Assembly (NCBI GenBank): GCA_019057375.1
Contig: DXJF01000096.1
Coordinates: forward strand, 1 to 24,812
DNA length: 24,812 bases
Origin: Candidatus Heimdallarchaeota archaeon
GTDB taxonomy: Archaea; Asgardarchaeota; Heimdallarchaeia; Heimdallarchaeales; Heimdallarchaeaceae
Direction of reading: 5' to 3'
Numbering within the stretch: the stretch's first letter is position 1; every line of letters begins with the position of its first letter. This document shows, piece after piece, positions 8,527 through 17,274 of the stretch. Both the position numbers and the translations under genes were made by a program. The notes under the pieces were generated by a model. It saw nothing but the letters and a program-made list of their open reading frames with translations, had not been told where the DNA came from and ran no database searches.

Positions 8527-9687
8527 ATGAACCCGAAACCTAAAAGAATCGGAATGAAGAATCAGCTTAAACGATTTCGCTTACCCCTACTCATATTTAT
8601 GCTATTCTGGGCTGCAGGAGTGCTTACTCTTTATTTCCTTGAAACAGACAAGAGCTTTAAATATTTAATACTGGTATCAATTGGAGTTAAACAGGGTGTG
8701 TCTACTTCTGATTTCGTAGGGTTTTATCAACTTCTCTGGCCAATTATGTTCGAATTGTTGATTCTAGGTTTTCTACTTAGTGTCTTGCTTGAATTTTATA
8801 GTTACAATCCCGAAGCTCGTTCCCTAAAACTAGCTAAAAGCAAAAAGAATCATTCTGTAATATTAGGATATAATCATTTAGGGGAGAGGATTGTAGACTA
8901 TCTGAGAGAAAATAAACAGCCTTATGTAGTAGTTGAAATATTGCAGGAGAGAGCAGATGATATGATTTTTGCAGGAGAACCAGTTATTGTAGGTGATCAT
9001 ACAGAAGAAATTGTTTTGAAATCTGCAGGTGTTCATAAGTGTAAAGAAGTTTTTTGTGTTACAACCAAACTTCGTAATGCTTTAATTGCTGCTAGCAAGA
9101 TTCGAAAAATCAATTCTGAATGTAATCTGTACATGAGAGTATTTAATGAGCATTTTAGACAAAATCTTGATGCTGAACCTTACAATGCTTACACTTTTTC
9201 AATTTCAAATTGGGCAATGGATTCTGTCAAAAAATGGAGTGAAAATATGAAAGGTAAAGCTCTCATTCTTGGGCAAGATACACTTGTTCAGAGAATTTTA
9301 ACTTACTTTGGCGAAAGTTTGAAGAAAGAAATAATTGCTATTCATCCAGAAATTGAACCTGATTTGTACTCAGAATATCCTAATGTTTTAGTTCTTCAAG
9401 AAAACGCAAAATATCTTGAGAGTCTTGAAGATTTATGTGGAATGGAAGAAATTTCTCAAGTTTACATTTGCTGGAATAATGAAGAGTTGTTTTCTGATGC
9501 AATCATTCTGACAATGGAACTGAAGAAAAAGTATCCAGAAAAGGAGATCTTTGTTCGAATATTTGATGAAGAATTAGCTGAACTTGCTAAAGGAATTGGG
9601 GCGACTACATTCTCCACTTCAGCATATGCCTTTAAAATGCTTCAAAAAGAAGTTGAACTAAATTCAGGAGTGTTTCAAGATAAATAA
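8527..9687 (+). CDS. Two-TM protein with tandem TrkA-N/RCK domains (potassium-channel-family-like architecture)
   Basis: Two N-terminal TM helices; HSVILGYNHLGERI (RCK Rossmann-like), VIVGD...L..AGV, and a second RCK-like unit KALILGQD...IFVRIFD. Confidence 0.75.
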   Translation: MNPKPKRIGMKNQLKRFRLPLLIFMLFWAAGVLTLYFLETDKSFKYLILVSIGVKQGVSTSDFVGFYQLLWPIMFELLILGFLLSVLLEFYSYNPEARSLKLAKSKKNHSVILGYNHLGERIVDYLRENKQPYVVVEILQERADDMIFAGEPVIVGDHTEEIVLKSAGVHKCKEVFCVTTKLRNALIAASKIRKINSECNLYMRVFNEHFRQNLDAEPYNAYTFSISNWAMDSVKKWSENMKGKALILGQDTLVQRILTYFGESLKKEIIAIHPEIEPDLYSEYPNVLVLQENAKYLESLEDLCGMEEISQVYICWNNEELFSDAIILTMELKKKYPEKEIFVRIFDEELAELAKGIGATTFSTSAYAFKMLQKEVELNSGVFQDK

Positions 9688-9702
9688 AAGAAGAAAGCAT
9701 TT

Positions 9703-10254
9703 TCAATAAGTTATTTTTTTCTTGCTTTCATAGTACATAGATATAATTTCAATTATATTATCAGGCTCATAACTATCTTCTGAAGTTTCATAGAACTTGT
9801 TAATTCTAATAACAACTTTGTCATCCTTTGTCTTTACTATGCACAACCTCTGTGTTCTATTTCCTTCCTCTTTACCAATCAATTCAATATCTAGAATATC
9901 TTCCCACCTGAAGTACTTTTCATTACCTTTTCTAGATTGAATTACCAGACCACTTTTTGTAAAAGTATATACGTTTTTGTCAGCGGACATTCTTGTAACA
10001 ACTCCTATAATTAAGAAAAGAATACCTACTGAAGTAAAAAAAATCCCAAAGGCAAATGCTAGATAAACTAATACTGTGTCTATAAAATAACTTGTTACTA
10101 TTGCTACAACAAGTCCTGGTATAGTAAATGCTAGAGTTGGTTTTAGTATTCTGACAAAAACTGAAGGTTTTAGTTGAACTCTATCTAGCTCATCTAGTAA
10201 ATCTTTTTGCATATCTGCAAATGATTCTTTGTTTGTCTCGATTGAAGGCATCAT
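9703..10254 (-). CDS. Hypothetical two-TM membrane protein with a PH-like C-terminal domain
   Basis: Two hydrophobic helices followed by YTFTKSGLVI...FRWEDILDIEL, a beta-rich pattern typical of prokaryotic PH-like domains. Confidence 0.55.
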   Translation of the reverse strand: MMPSIETNKESFADMQKDLLDELDRVQLKPSVFVRILKPTLAFTIPGLVVAIVTSYFIDTVLVYLAFAFGIFFTSVGILFLIIGVVTRMSADKNVYTFTKSGLVIQSRKGNEKYFRWEDILDIELIGKEEGNRTQRLCIVKTKDDKVVIRINKFYETSEDSYEPDNIIEIISMYYESKKKITY

Positions 10255-10304
10255 ATAATTTTGTGAGATACGTAGTTTTAATTGTTTCTAGTTAAAAGTT
10301 AACC

Positions 10305-10703
10305 ATGGGACGAAAGGTAACTAAAACCGATAAGGAATGGAAGGTTAAATTAACTCCAGAACAATACAATATTTTACGTCTTAAAAGCACAGAACAACCA
10401 TTCACAGGAGAATACTGGAATCACAAAGAGAAGGGTATTTACAAATGTGCAGGCTGCGGAACTACACTTTTTACCTCAGAAACAAAATATGATTCAGGTT
10501 GTGGATGGCCCAGCTTCTTTGAACCAGAGATGGAAGAAAATATTGAGAAAGAATTGGATCTATCCAATGGTATGCGTAGAATAGAAGTTCTTTGTAAAAA
10601 TTGCGGAGGACATCTAGGACATCTTTTCGATGATGGCCCCCAACCAACTGGTATACGCTATTGTATCAATTCTGTATCAATTGATTTTGAAAAAAAAGAG
10701 TAA
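10305..10703 (+). CDS. msrB: Peptide-methionine (R)-S-oxide reductase MsrB
   Basis: TEQPFTGEY, SETKYDSGCGWPSF, GHLGHLFDDGP and RYCINS motifs; two CxxC zinc pairs. Confidence 0.97.
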   Translation: MGRKVTKTDKEWKVKLTPEQYNILRLKSTEQPFTGEYWNHKEKGIYKCAGCGTTLFTSETKYDSGCGWPSFFEPEMEENIEKELDLSNGMRRIEVLCKNCGGHLGHLFDDGPQPTGIRYCINSVSIDFEKKE

Positions 10704-10709
10704 AAATGA

Positions 10710-11273
10710 CTAGAGTATCTTAAAGAACTCTAGTGCAAAATTTTCGATTTGGTCCCAATCTCTTAGATCGTTATAAGAATCGTCTTCAGCTTTTTCTCCA
10801 GTAGTTTGTTGGGAAGCTACTTTTAATAATTTTTTTTCTAACCATCCCATTCTAGATGTTTCTGTAAAGTCCATTAATCCACCAAAAGCATCATAATAAT
10901 CAATACTTAAACCTAGTTTTTCAGTTGCATCTTTGGTATATTCAACTTTAACTTTTTCATATGATTCAGGATTAGAAGCATAGCCTGAACACACAAAGAA
11001 ACCCTTCTTTCCTATAAAAGAATTTAATTGATCTATATTGTTTCCTACAAACTTCTTAACATCTTTTGTCCATTGCCCAATTTTAATACTTGACCCAATA
11101 AGAATTCCATCATAGTTATTGAAATCAGGTATTTTGTCACTTGGTAAGTCTTTGAGATTGTAAACTTCAGCTTGAAGCCCATTTTCTCTTGCTAATTCTG
11201 CTATTTTTCCTGCAACTCCTTCTGTCGCACCGTATCTAGTTCCATAGAAAATCAGTATCTTTTTTTCAGACAT
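10710..11273 (-). CDS. Flavodoxin-domain protein (Flavodoxin_5 / HemG-like)
   Basis: YGTRYGATEGVA FMN-binding loop, IGSSIKIGQW, DLRDWDQIENFA C-terminal motif. Confidence 0.85.
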   Translation of the reverse strand: MSEKKILIFYGTRYGATEGVAGKIAELARENGLQAEVYNLKDLPSDKIPDFNNYDGILIGSSIKIGQWTKDVKKFVGNNIDQLNSFIGKKGFFVCSGYASNPESYEKVKVEYTKDATEKLGLSIDYYDAFGGLMDFTETSRMGWLEKKLLKVASQQTTGEKAEDDSYNDLRDWDQIENFALEFFKIL

Positions 11274-11426
11274 TCATACCACCAACAGGTTCTATAATCC
11301 GTATAATACTTTAGAACGACAAGTCTTTAAAACTTAACCATAAATCTGTCTGATGATTGGGGTGTTAATGACTAAAGAAGCAAAATTTGTAAAAATTTAA
11401 AATAAAGTGCGAAAAAGAAAATCATA

Positions 11427-12257
11427 ATGTCTCGTAAGAAGGAAAAGAAAGTTGTTCTACTAACTGGAGCTTCAGGTGGGATAGGTACTGTTACAGCAGC
11501 ATTATTGCTTTCTAAGGGATACATAGTTTATGGAACTACCAGAAATCTGAATAGTGCACCAAAAACGTCCTATCACCAATTACAGCTTGATGTTCAAGAT
11601 GAAACTTCTGTGAAAGAATGCGTTCAAGAAGTTGTGAATAAGGAAGGGAAAATTGATATTTTGATCAATAATGCAGGTTATGCACTCTGTGGGGCCCTAA
11701 AAGATTTAAGTATGGATTTATTGAAAGATAGTTTTGAAACCAATTTATTTGGAGTTCATAGGATGGTACAAGAAGTTGTTCCTATTATGATTAAACAAGG
11801 GCAAGGAAGAATCATCAATATGGGTACATTTGGTGGACGTTTTGGGTTACCTTTTCAAGGAATATATAGTGCTTCCAAAGCTGCTTTAGCTATTTATTCA
11901 GATACTCTAAAAATTGAATCACACAGAGACAACATCAAAGTCGCTTTAATTGAGCCTGGAGATACTAGAACAGATTTTAACGCAGGCAGAAAGTATACAG
12001 AAGGGTTTGAAAATGATCCAGATGCTCAAAGAGCTGTTGAAATCATGCGTAAAGAGGAATTAAAGGGAATAAAAACAGAAAAAGTAGCGAAATCAGTTCT
12101 AAAAGCAGTAAAGGCAAGAAATCCTAAACCAAGATATACAATGGGGTTTCAACCGTTCTTTTTTGGAATTTTAATTAGATTGTTCCCATATACATTGCAC
12201 AGTTTTATTGCTAGGTTGTATTATAAAGTTCCAAAAAAAAGAAAGGAAAGTAATTAA
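11427..12257 (+). CDS. Classical short-chain dehydrogenase/reductase; candidate 3-ketodihydrosphingosine reductase
   Basis: TGASGGIG, NNAG, catalytic YSASK, IEPGDTRTDF. The SDR call is firm; the specific substrate is inferred from resemblance and context. Confidence 0.9.
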   Translation: MSRKKEKKVVLLTGASGGIGTVTAALLLSKGYIVYGTTRNLNSAPKTSYHQLQLDVQDETSVKECVQEVVNKEGKIDILINNAGYALCGALKDLSMDLLKDSFETNLFGVHRMVQEVVPIMIKQGQGRIINMGTFGGRFGLPFQGIYSASKAALAIYSDTLKIESHRDNIKVALIEPGDTRTDFNAGRKYTEGFENDPDAQRAVEIMRKEELKGIKTEKVAKSVLKAVKARNPKPRYTMGFQPFFFGILIRLFPYTLHSFIARLYYKVPKKRKESN

Positions 12258-12302
12258 GAAATTTAGAAGCATAAATTTCTCATTAGAGACAGTTTCAATG
12301 CA

Positions 12303-12376
12303 AAATTTATAATTAAGCTGGTAGATTCTTACTTCGTTATAGGTTAAAGCTTGTCTGTAAAAAAACTGTTATGGAG
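12303..12376 (+). promoter_or_regulatory. Candidate TATA box and ribosome-binding site for the SPT-like gene
   Basis: A-rich stretch then TTTATAA at 12306-12312; GGAG at 12373-12376, 8 nt before ATG 12385. Confidence 0.3.
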
Positions 12377-12384
12377 ATAAAATA

Positions 12385-13596
12385 ATGGCTCAATTTTACA
12401 AAAAATGTGACAGATATTTGCGTTTTGGAGAAGCTACTTTATTAAAAAAAACTGGAATCTATCCTTATTTTCATCAAATAACAGGGGAACAGAATCCAAT
12501 TGTTCAAATGGATGATAATGAAGTGATAATGTTAGGCAGTAACAATTATCTAGGCATGACTTCTCATCCTAAAGTTAAGAAAGCAGCACAAAAAGCTATT
12601 GAAGAGTATGGTGTTGGCACAACTGGATCAAGATTACTAAATGGAACCATGGATATACACATTGAACTAGAAGAACGGTTAGCAAGATTTGTCGGAACTG
12701 AAGATTGTCTAGTCTTTTCTACTGGTATGCAAGCTAATTTGGGAGCCATATCAGCAATGATATCAGATAAAGATGAATGGGTGCTTTCTGATCAGCAAAA
12801 CCATGCGTCTATAATCGATGGAATCAAGCTTGCAAAAATGAAATCCTCTAATAAAAGAATTTACAAACATAATGACATGGAAGATTTAGAAAAACACCTC
12901 AAAGAAATACCAAAAGGGAAGGGATTAATTGTTACAGACGGTGTTTTCTCCATGGAGGGAGACATTGTAAAACTAGATATTCTCGTAGAATTAGCGGAGA
13001 AATATGGAGCAGGAGTTTATGTTGACGATGCTCATGCAGTTGGTGTGATTGGTCCTCATGGGAGAGGGACAGCGGCACACTTTGATCTAGTCGACAAAGT
13101 TGGAATTACTATGGGAACTTTTTCCAAAAGTTTCGCCACTATTGGAGGGTACATAGCAGCAAGTAAAGCAGTATGTAATTGGCTAAAACATAAAGCCAGA
13201 TCATTCATTTTTTCTGCTAGTCCACCCCCAGCAAACTGTGCTACTGTCATAGCGGTTCTAGATATCATTGAGAAGGATGAATCCTTCAGAAAAAATGTCT
13301 TATCAGTTGCTGGTAGAATGAGGGAAGGATTAATTGATGTTGGATTTAATGTAGGTGATTCTTCTACAGCAATTGTTCCTTTAATTGTTGGAGAAAGAAG
13401 AAAAACCATGAAATTCTTCAGAGATTTATTTGAACACAAACCTCGAGGAATATTCTCCAATCCAGTTGTTTACCCTGCTACAGCAAAAGGCGAAGAATTA
13501 ATTCGCTCCTCTTATATTGCTACAATGACAAATGAGATTGTAGACGAAGCCTTGCATATTTTTGAGGATGTTGGAAGAAAGATGAAAATAATATAG
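12385..13596 (+). CDS. spt: PLP-dependent alpha-oxoamine synthase, serine palmitoyltransferase-like
   Basis: GSNNYLG, GSRLLNGT, NHASIIDG, DGVFSMEGD, DDAH, PLP-lysine motif GTFSKSF, FIFSAS, ELIR, and N-terminal GIYPYF. The family is certain; SPT versus BioF/KBL rests on motif comparison from memory. Confidence 0.7.
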   Translation: MAQFYKKCDRYLRFGEATLLKKTGIYPYFHQITGEQNPIVQMDDNEVIMLGSNNYLGMTSHPKVKKAAQKAIEEYGVGTTGSRLLNGTMDIHIELEERLARFVGTEDCLVFSTGMQANLGAISAMISDKDEWVLSDQQNHASIIDGIKLAKMKSSNKRIYKHNDMEDLEKHLKEIPKGKGLIVTDGVFSMEGDIVKLDILVELAEKYGAGVYVDDAHAVGVIGPHGRGTAAHFDLVDKVGITMGTFSKSFATIGGYIAASKAVCNWLKHKARSFIFSASPPPANCATVIAVLDIIEKDESFRKNVLSVAGRMREGLIDVGFNVGDSSTAIVPLIVGERRKTMKFFRDLFEHKPRGIFSNPVVYPATAKGEELIRSSYIATMTNEIVDEALHIFEDVGRKMKII

Positions 13597-13763
13597 CACT
13601 TTGAATAAGTCATTGAAATAGATAGATTTTCCCAAACTGATAAGAAGAATGACTGAAAATAACTAATAATAAACTCAATTCCCTAGAAAGACTCTAGTAT
13701 AGTTTAGAAATATGCGTGAGTTTTAACTCAAACTTTATTAATTTTAATATAAGAAGTTACAAG

Positions 13764-14186
13764 ATGACTGAAGAAACTAAGAAAAAGAAAGGTGGAGTTA
13801 AGTACATTATTATTTTTAACGTGTTGATCTTTATAGGGGGCATAGTTACTGGTTTAGTGTTCATCTTCACATCGATATTCCCAGATTTTGATTTAGATAA
13901 ATTGTGGACTGGTAACTACATCATCTTTGGTACTATTGGTTTTATGATGTTCATTCTCATGCCAACAATGGTTATTTCCCTAACTCGAAGGAGAAAGACT
14001 GTTTTCTCTTCACTTCAAAGTATGAAATTCTCGCAAATTGGTCCGTATGCACCAGGATACAAACCTTCTGGTATGAAGAAATCTCGATTCTGCGAGTATT
14101 GTGGGTATGAGGTCAAAACTGGGGAAAGAGAATGTCCAGAATGTGGTGGTCCAGTTCAGAGTATAAAATCAAGTTATATCTCCTAA
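13764..14186 (+). CDS. Two-TM membrane protein with a C-terminal zinc ribbon
   Basis: Two TM helices, then CEYCG...CPECG. ATG 13764 is preferred over the GTG at 13716 used by the ORF track. Confidence 0.75.
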   Translation: MTEETKKKKGGVKYIIIFNVLIFIGGIVTGLVFIFTSIFPDFDLDKLWTGNYIIFGTIGFMMFILMPTMVISLTRRRKTVFSSLQSMKFSQIGPYAPGYKPSGMKKSRFCEYCGYEVKTGERECPECGGPVQSIKSSYIS

Positions 14187-14323
14187 CTCGATTACATTCT
14201 TTTTTATTAACTTAATAGGTTAATAGGTTTTTTGTCAAAGACCTTACTACTCATCTTCATCCCAGAAATTCATTTGTTTTTATAAAATTGCTAAATTTAT
14301 CTCCTTTAACACAATCAATCATT

Positions 14324-14992
14324 TTATAATAGAACTATGCTTCTAACCATATCTGCACAATCTTCTATTAAATCAGAAGCTTCTTCTAAATCCTTTATTG
14401 CGTGATCAAGTATAATCAAAGAACCAGCTGGTACAGATTCTGTAGAGAAAGCTATTTCATATTTCAATTCTCCATATTTTATATCAATAGCTGACTCGAT
14501 TTTGTCCACTTTAGTAATTATTTCTAGCAGTTCAGAATGTTCAACCTTGAACATTGAATCAAAAACTTTGATGAATCCTTCCATTTCCTCAACAAGCATA
14601 TCGAATATAGAACCAATCAGTTTGTTGATTCCTTCAGGAAATTCACGATTTATTAGAAGCAGAAGGTTCTTAACCCCTCGCTTTGCACTCCCTGCTGCTT
14701 TATCTGCTGTTCTCACAAAGCTCATCAAATCTGATCTGACATAATCGGGTGTCTCTCCTTCTGTTAGCATACTCACAATTTCTGCCTCTACACCATCAGC
14801 TGTTCTTTCCTCTTGATAAATTATCTCAAACATATTCTTAGCTGCAGTTTCATCTTTTTCTTTCCAAAAAACATAGAAATCTTTGGATTTGGTTATACAA
14901 CTATTGACATGAATTAAATGGTCTCTAATTCTATCGAGAACACGAGAAGATCGCCTTCTACTTAACCACTGTTTAAGTTCATTAGTGTTCAT
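14324..14992 (-). CDS. DUF47 family protein (PhoU-like putative phosphate transport regulator)
   Basis: All-helical; EERTADGVEAEI, RSDLMSFVRTADKAA, IESAID, and LEEASDLIEDCADMV duplicated acidic motifs. Confidence 0.85.
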   Translation of the reverse strand: MNTNELKQWLSRRRSSRVLDRIRDHLIHVNSCITKSKDFYVFWKEKDETAAKNMFEIIYQEERTADGVEAEIVSMLTEGETPDYVRSDLMSFVRTADKAAGSAKRGVKNLLLLINREFPEGINKLIGSIFDMLVEEMEGFIKVFDSMFKVEHSELLEIITKVDKIESAIDIKYGELKYEIAFSTESVPAGSLIILDHAIKDLEEASDLIEDCADMVRSIVLL

Positions 14993-15073
14993 TCTTTTGC
15001 ACCTCTTATAACAGAAGAATCATCAATACTAGCTATAGTAGTCGAATTAATAACTCTATCTGATTTCTTCTTT

Positions 15074-16174
15074 TTATTCATTATTTTCCTTCTCCTTCTT
15101 TGGAAATATTCTATAATCATCCTTATCTGTAGCAACCAACACTTTGCTATTTTTCCGTAGGGGAATTTCTTTACCTATCAAATCTTTAGCCTTAAAGATC
15201 GTTCCAAAAATAGAAATGTTTAATTCATTAAATTCCCCAACACATCTTACATCTAGAAGTGTAGCTTCGAAGATATTATGATAATTAAGATTCTTCTTTT
15301 CAGTTAATGGAAACACATCTATTAACTCACTTGGAATCAAGGCTATTGCCTCTTCCCCCTTCTTTAAATCAGTAGCTATGTTAATTCTTGATTCATCAGA
15401 TAGAACAAGGAATTTTTCTCCTTTGGAAACATCAATCTTCCCTTCAATAGTAGAACTTTCTCCGAGGAATTCAGCAACATAGAGAGAGTTAGGATGATTG
15501 TAAACCTCTTCAGGAGTACCGATTTGAACTATCTTTCCATTCTTAAAAACAGCTATTTTATCCGCGACTCGCATAGCTTCCTGTGTATCATGAGTTGCAT
15601 GAATACAAGTAATTCCAAGATCCTTAACTAATTTGCGTAATTCAACTTGAAGTATTTCTCTAATTTTTGCATCCAAAGCTCTGAGAGGGTCATCCATGAC
15701 AAGTATATGAGCATCTGAAACAATAGCTCTAGCTAGTGCGACACGTTGTTTTTGCCCTCCACTTATCTCATCTGGAAAATTGGATTCCTTTCCTGATATA
15801 TTCAATAGGGCTAATAATTCCCTAGAAACTTTTCTTGACACAATCAAATCAAGATCTTTGACAATAGGTCCAAATAGAATATTAGACTCAACCGTCATTC
15901 GTGGAAATAAGTTATATTCCTCAAATACAAAACCAACATTTCTATCTTCAGCTGGAATGTGAGAAACATCCTCATCATCAAAGAGAATAGAACCTCTTGA
16001 AGGAGTAAACAAACCAGCTAGAAGATACATCGTAGTCGTTTTTCCAGAACCAGTTGGACCAAGAACAGCTAAATATTCTCCATCATCTATTGAAAGATTA
16101 ATATCTTCAACTCCTCTTCTCTCTTCATAATATTTTGTTGCTTCTTTCAATTCTACTTTAACCATTCTTATCAC
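15074..16174 (-). CDS. ABC transporter ATP-binding protein (MalK/PotA/CysA type with TOBE-like C-terminus); Walker B Glu replaced by Asp
   Basis: Walker A GPTGSGKT, signature ISGGQKQR, Walker B ILVMDD, H-loop HATHD. Confidence 0.92.
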   Translation of the reverse strand: MIRMVKVELKEATKYYEERRGVEDINLSIDDGEYLAVLGPTGSGKTTTMYLLAGLFTPSRGSILFDDEDVSHIPAEDRNVGFVFEEYNLFPRMTVESNILFGPIVKDLDLIVSRKVSRELLALLNISGKESNFPDEISGGQKQRVALARAIVSDAHILVMDDPLRALDAKIREILQVELRKLVKDLGITCIHATHDTQEAMRVADKIAVFKNGKIVQIGTPEEVYNHPNSLYVAEFLGESSTIEGKIDVSKGEKFLVLSDESRINIATDLKKGEEAIALIPSELIDVFPLTEKKNLNYHNIFEATLLDVRCVGEFNELNISIFGTIFKAKDLIGKEIPLRKNSKVLVATDKDDYRIFPKKEKENNE

Positions 16175-17274
16175 ATCTCCAGTGCAGAAGCTATACCTTC
16201 TTTGGGATAATCAAAACATCTTGTTATTGAAGGCTCGATGTTAACTCTAACGTTTTCATTTTCTTTGAAATGAATAGGGTGTTTTGCATGTATTTTTGCT
16301 TCTATAATTTGTTGATTCTCTAGTTTGATTCTTACTCGTCTTAATAAACCAAGAAACTGATCTTCTATGACTATACCAGGCAGCGAATTAGATAGATCCT
16401 TAGTCGAAATTTGTTCCACTTGGAAAAATTCTCTTCTTACAGCTACTGCTGCTCTTTTTCCTTTTTTTACTCCCATATTTTTGACTTTGATAATAGATTG
16501 ACCAATCCTTACTTCAGCTTCTTTTTTGGTATCATCAATAACTACTCCCTCAAGGAAATCTGATTCACCTACAAAAAATGAGGTAAATAGATGATTTGGG
16601 TGGTAGATCAAGTCAGTAGGTGTTCCTAATTGAATAAGTCTTCCTTTATTCATTACAGCTACTCTGTCACTAATTGTGAGAGCTTCTGCTTGATCGTGAG
16701 TTACATGAATAGCAGTTAGTTTTTCCCTTTTAACTAAATCTCGTAGGAATAGTTGGAATTCCTCTCTTATCTTTTGGTCTAGAGCACCTAAGGGTTCATC
16801 CAATAGAAGAACTTTTGCTTCAGAAGCTAGAACTCTTGCTAGTGCTGTTTTTTGCCAATCTGGAGCTGAAAGAGAATCAGGATATAGTTCTGCTTTATCC
16901 CCTAATCGAACCGATTTGAGAGCTGTTTCAACTAAAGATTCTATTTCCTTTTTACTTCTCCCTCGTACTGTTGGTCCATAAGCAATGTTTTCTCTAACAG
17001 TCATATGTGGGAATATTGCAAAATGTTGGAAAACAAATCCAATGTTTCTATCTTGAATTCGAACATTTTCCATAGGCTGACCATTAAAGAAAATTTGACC
17101 CTTGGTAGGTAAGATTGTTCCTGCAAGTAATCGTAAAACTGTTGTTTTTCCACAACCAGAAGGGCCTATCAATGAGACGTATTCTCCATCTTCTATGATG
17201 AAACTTAGATCCTTAACAGCTTCTACACTTTTTCCAAATATCTTCGTAACATCTTCGAATCTAATCTCACTCAT
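16171..17274 (-). CDS. ABC transporter ATP-binding protein (MalK/PotA/CysA type); degenerate signature motif
   Basis: Walker A GPSGCGKT, Walker B LLLDEP, H-loop HVTHD; signature reads LSAPDWQK. Overlaps the neighbouring genes by 4 and 8 nt. Confidence 0.92.
   Translation of the reverse strand: MSEIRFEDVTKIFGKSVEAVKDLSFIIEDGEYVSLIGPSGCGKTTVLRLLAGTILPTKGQIFFNGQPMENVRIQDRNIGFVFQHFAIFPHMTVRENIAYGPTVRGRSKKEIESLVETALKSVRLGDKAELYPDSLSAPDWQKTALARVLASEAKVLLLDEPLGALDQKIREEFQLFLRDLVKREKLTAIHVTHDQAEALTISDRVAVMNKGRLIQLGTPTDLIYHPNHLFTSFFVGESDFLEGVVIDDTKKEAEVRIGQSIIKVKNMGVKKGKRAAVAVRREFFQVEQISTKDLSNSLPGIVIEDQFLGLLRRVRIKLENQQIIEAKIHAKHPIHFKENENVRVNIEPSITRCFDYPKEGIASALEM

Noticed and set aside
10305-10703. 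Selenocysteine-type MsrB
   Set aside because: The catalytic position is Cys (RYCINS) and there is no in-frame TGA.
12385-13596. Annotation as bioF (8-amino-7-oxononanoate synthase) or kbl
   Set aside because: The GTFSKS motif, GIYPYF N-terminus, adjacent SDR and absence of bio or tdh genes favour SPT. Not fully excluded without a phylogeny.
14212-14227. Tandem TTAATAGG x2 between T-runs in a convergent intergenic gap
   Set aside because: Only two 8-nt units in AT-rich DNA; likely a terminator region, not a CRISPR or satellite repeat.
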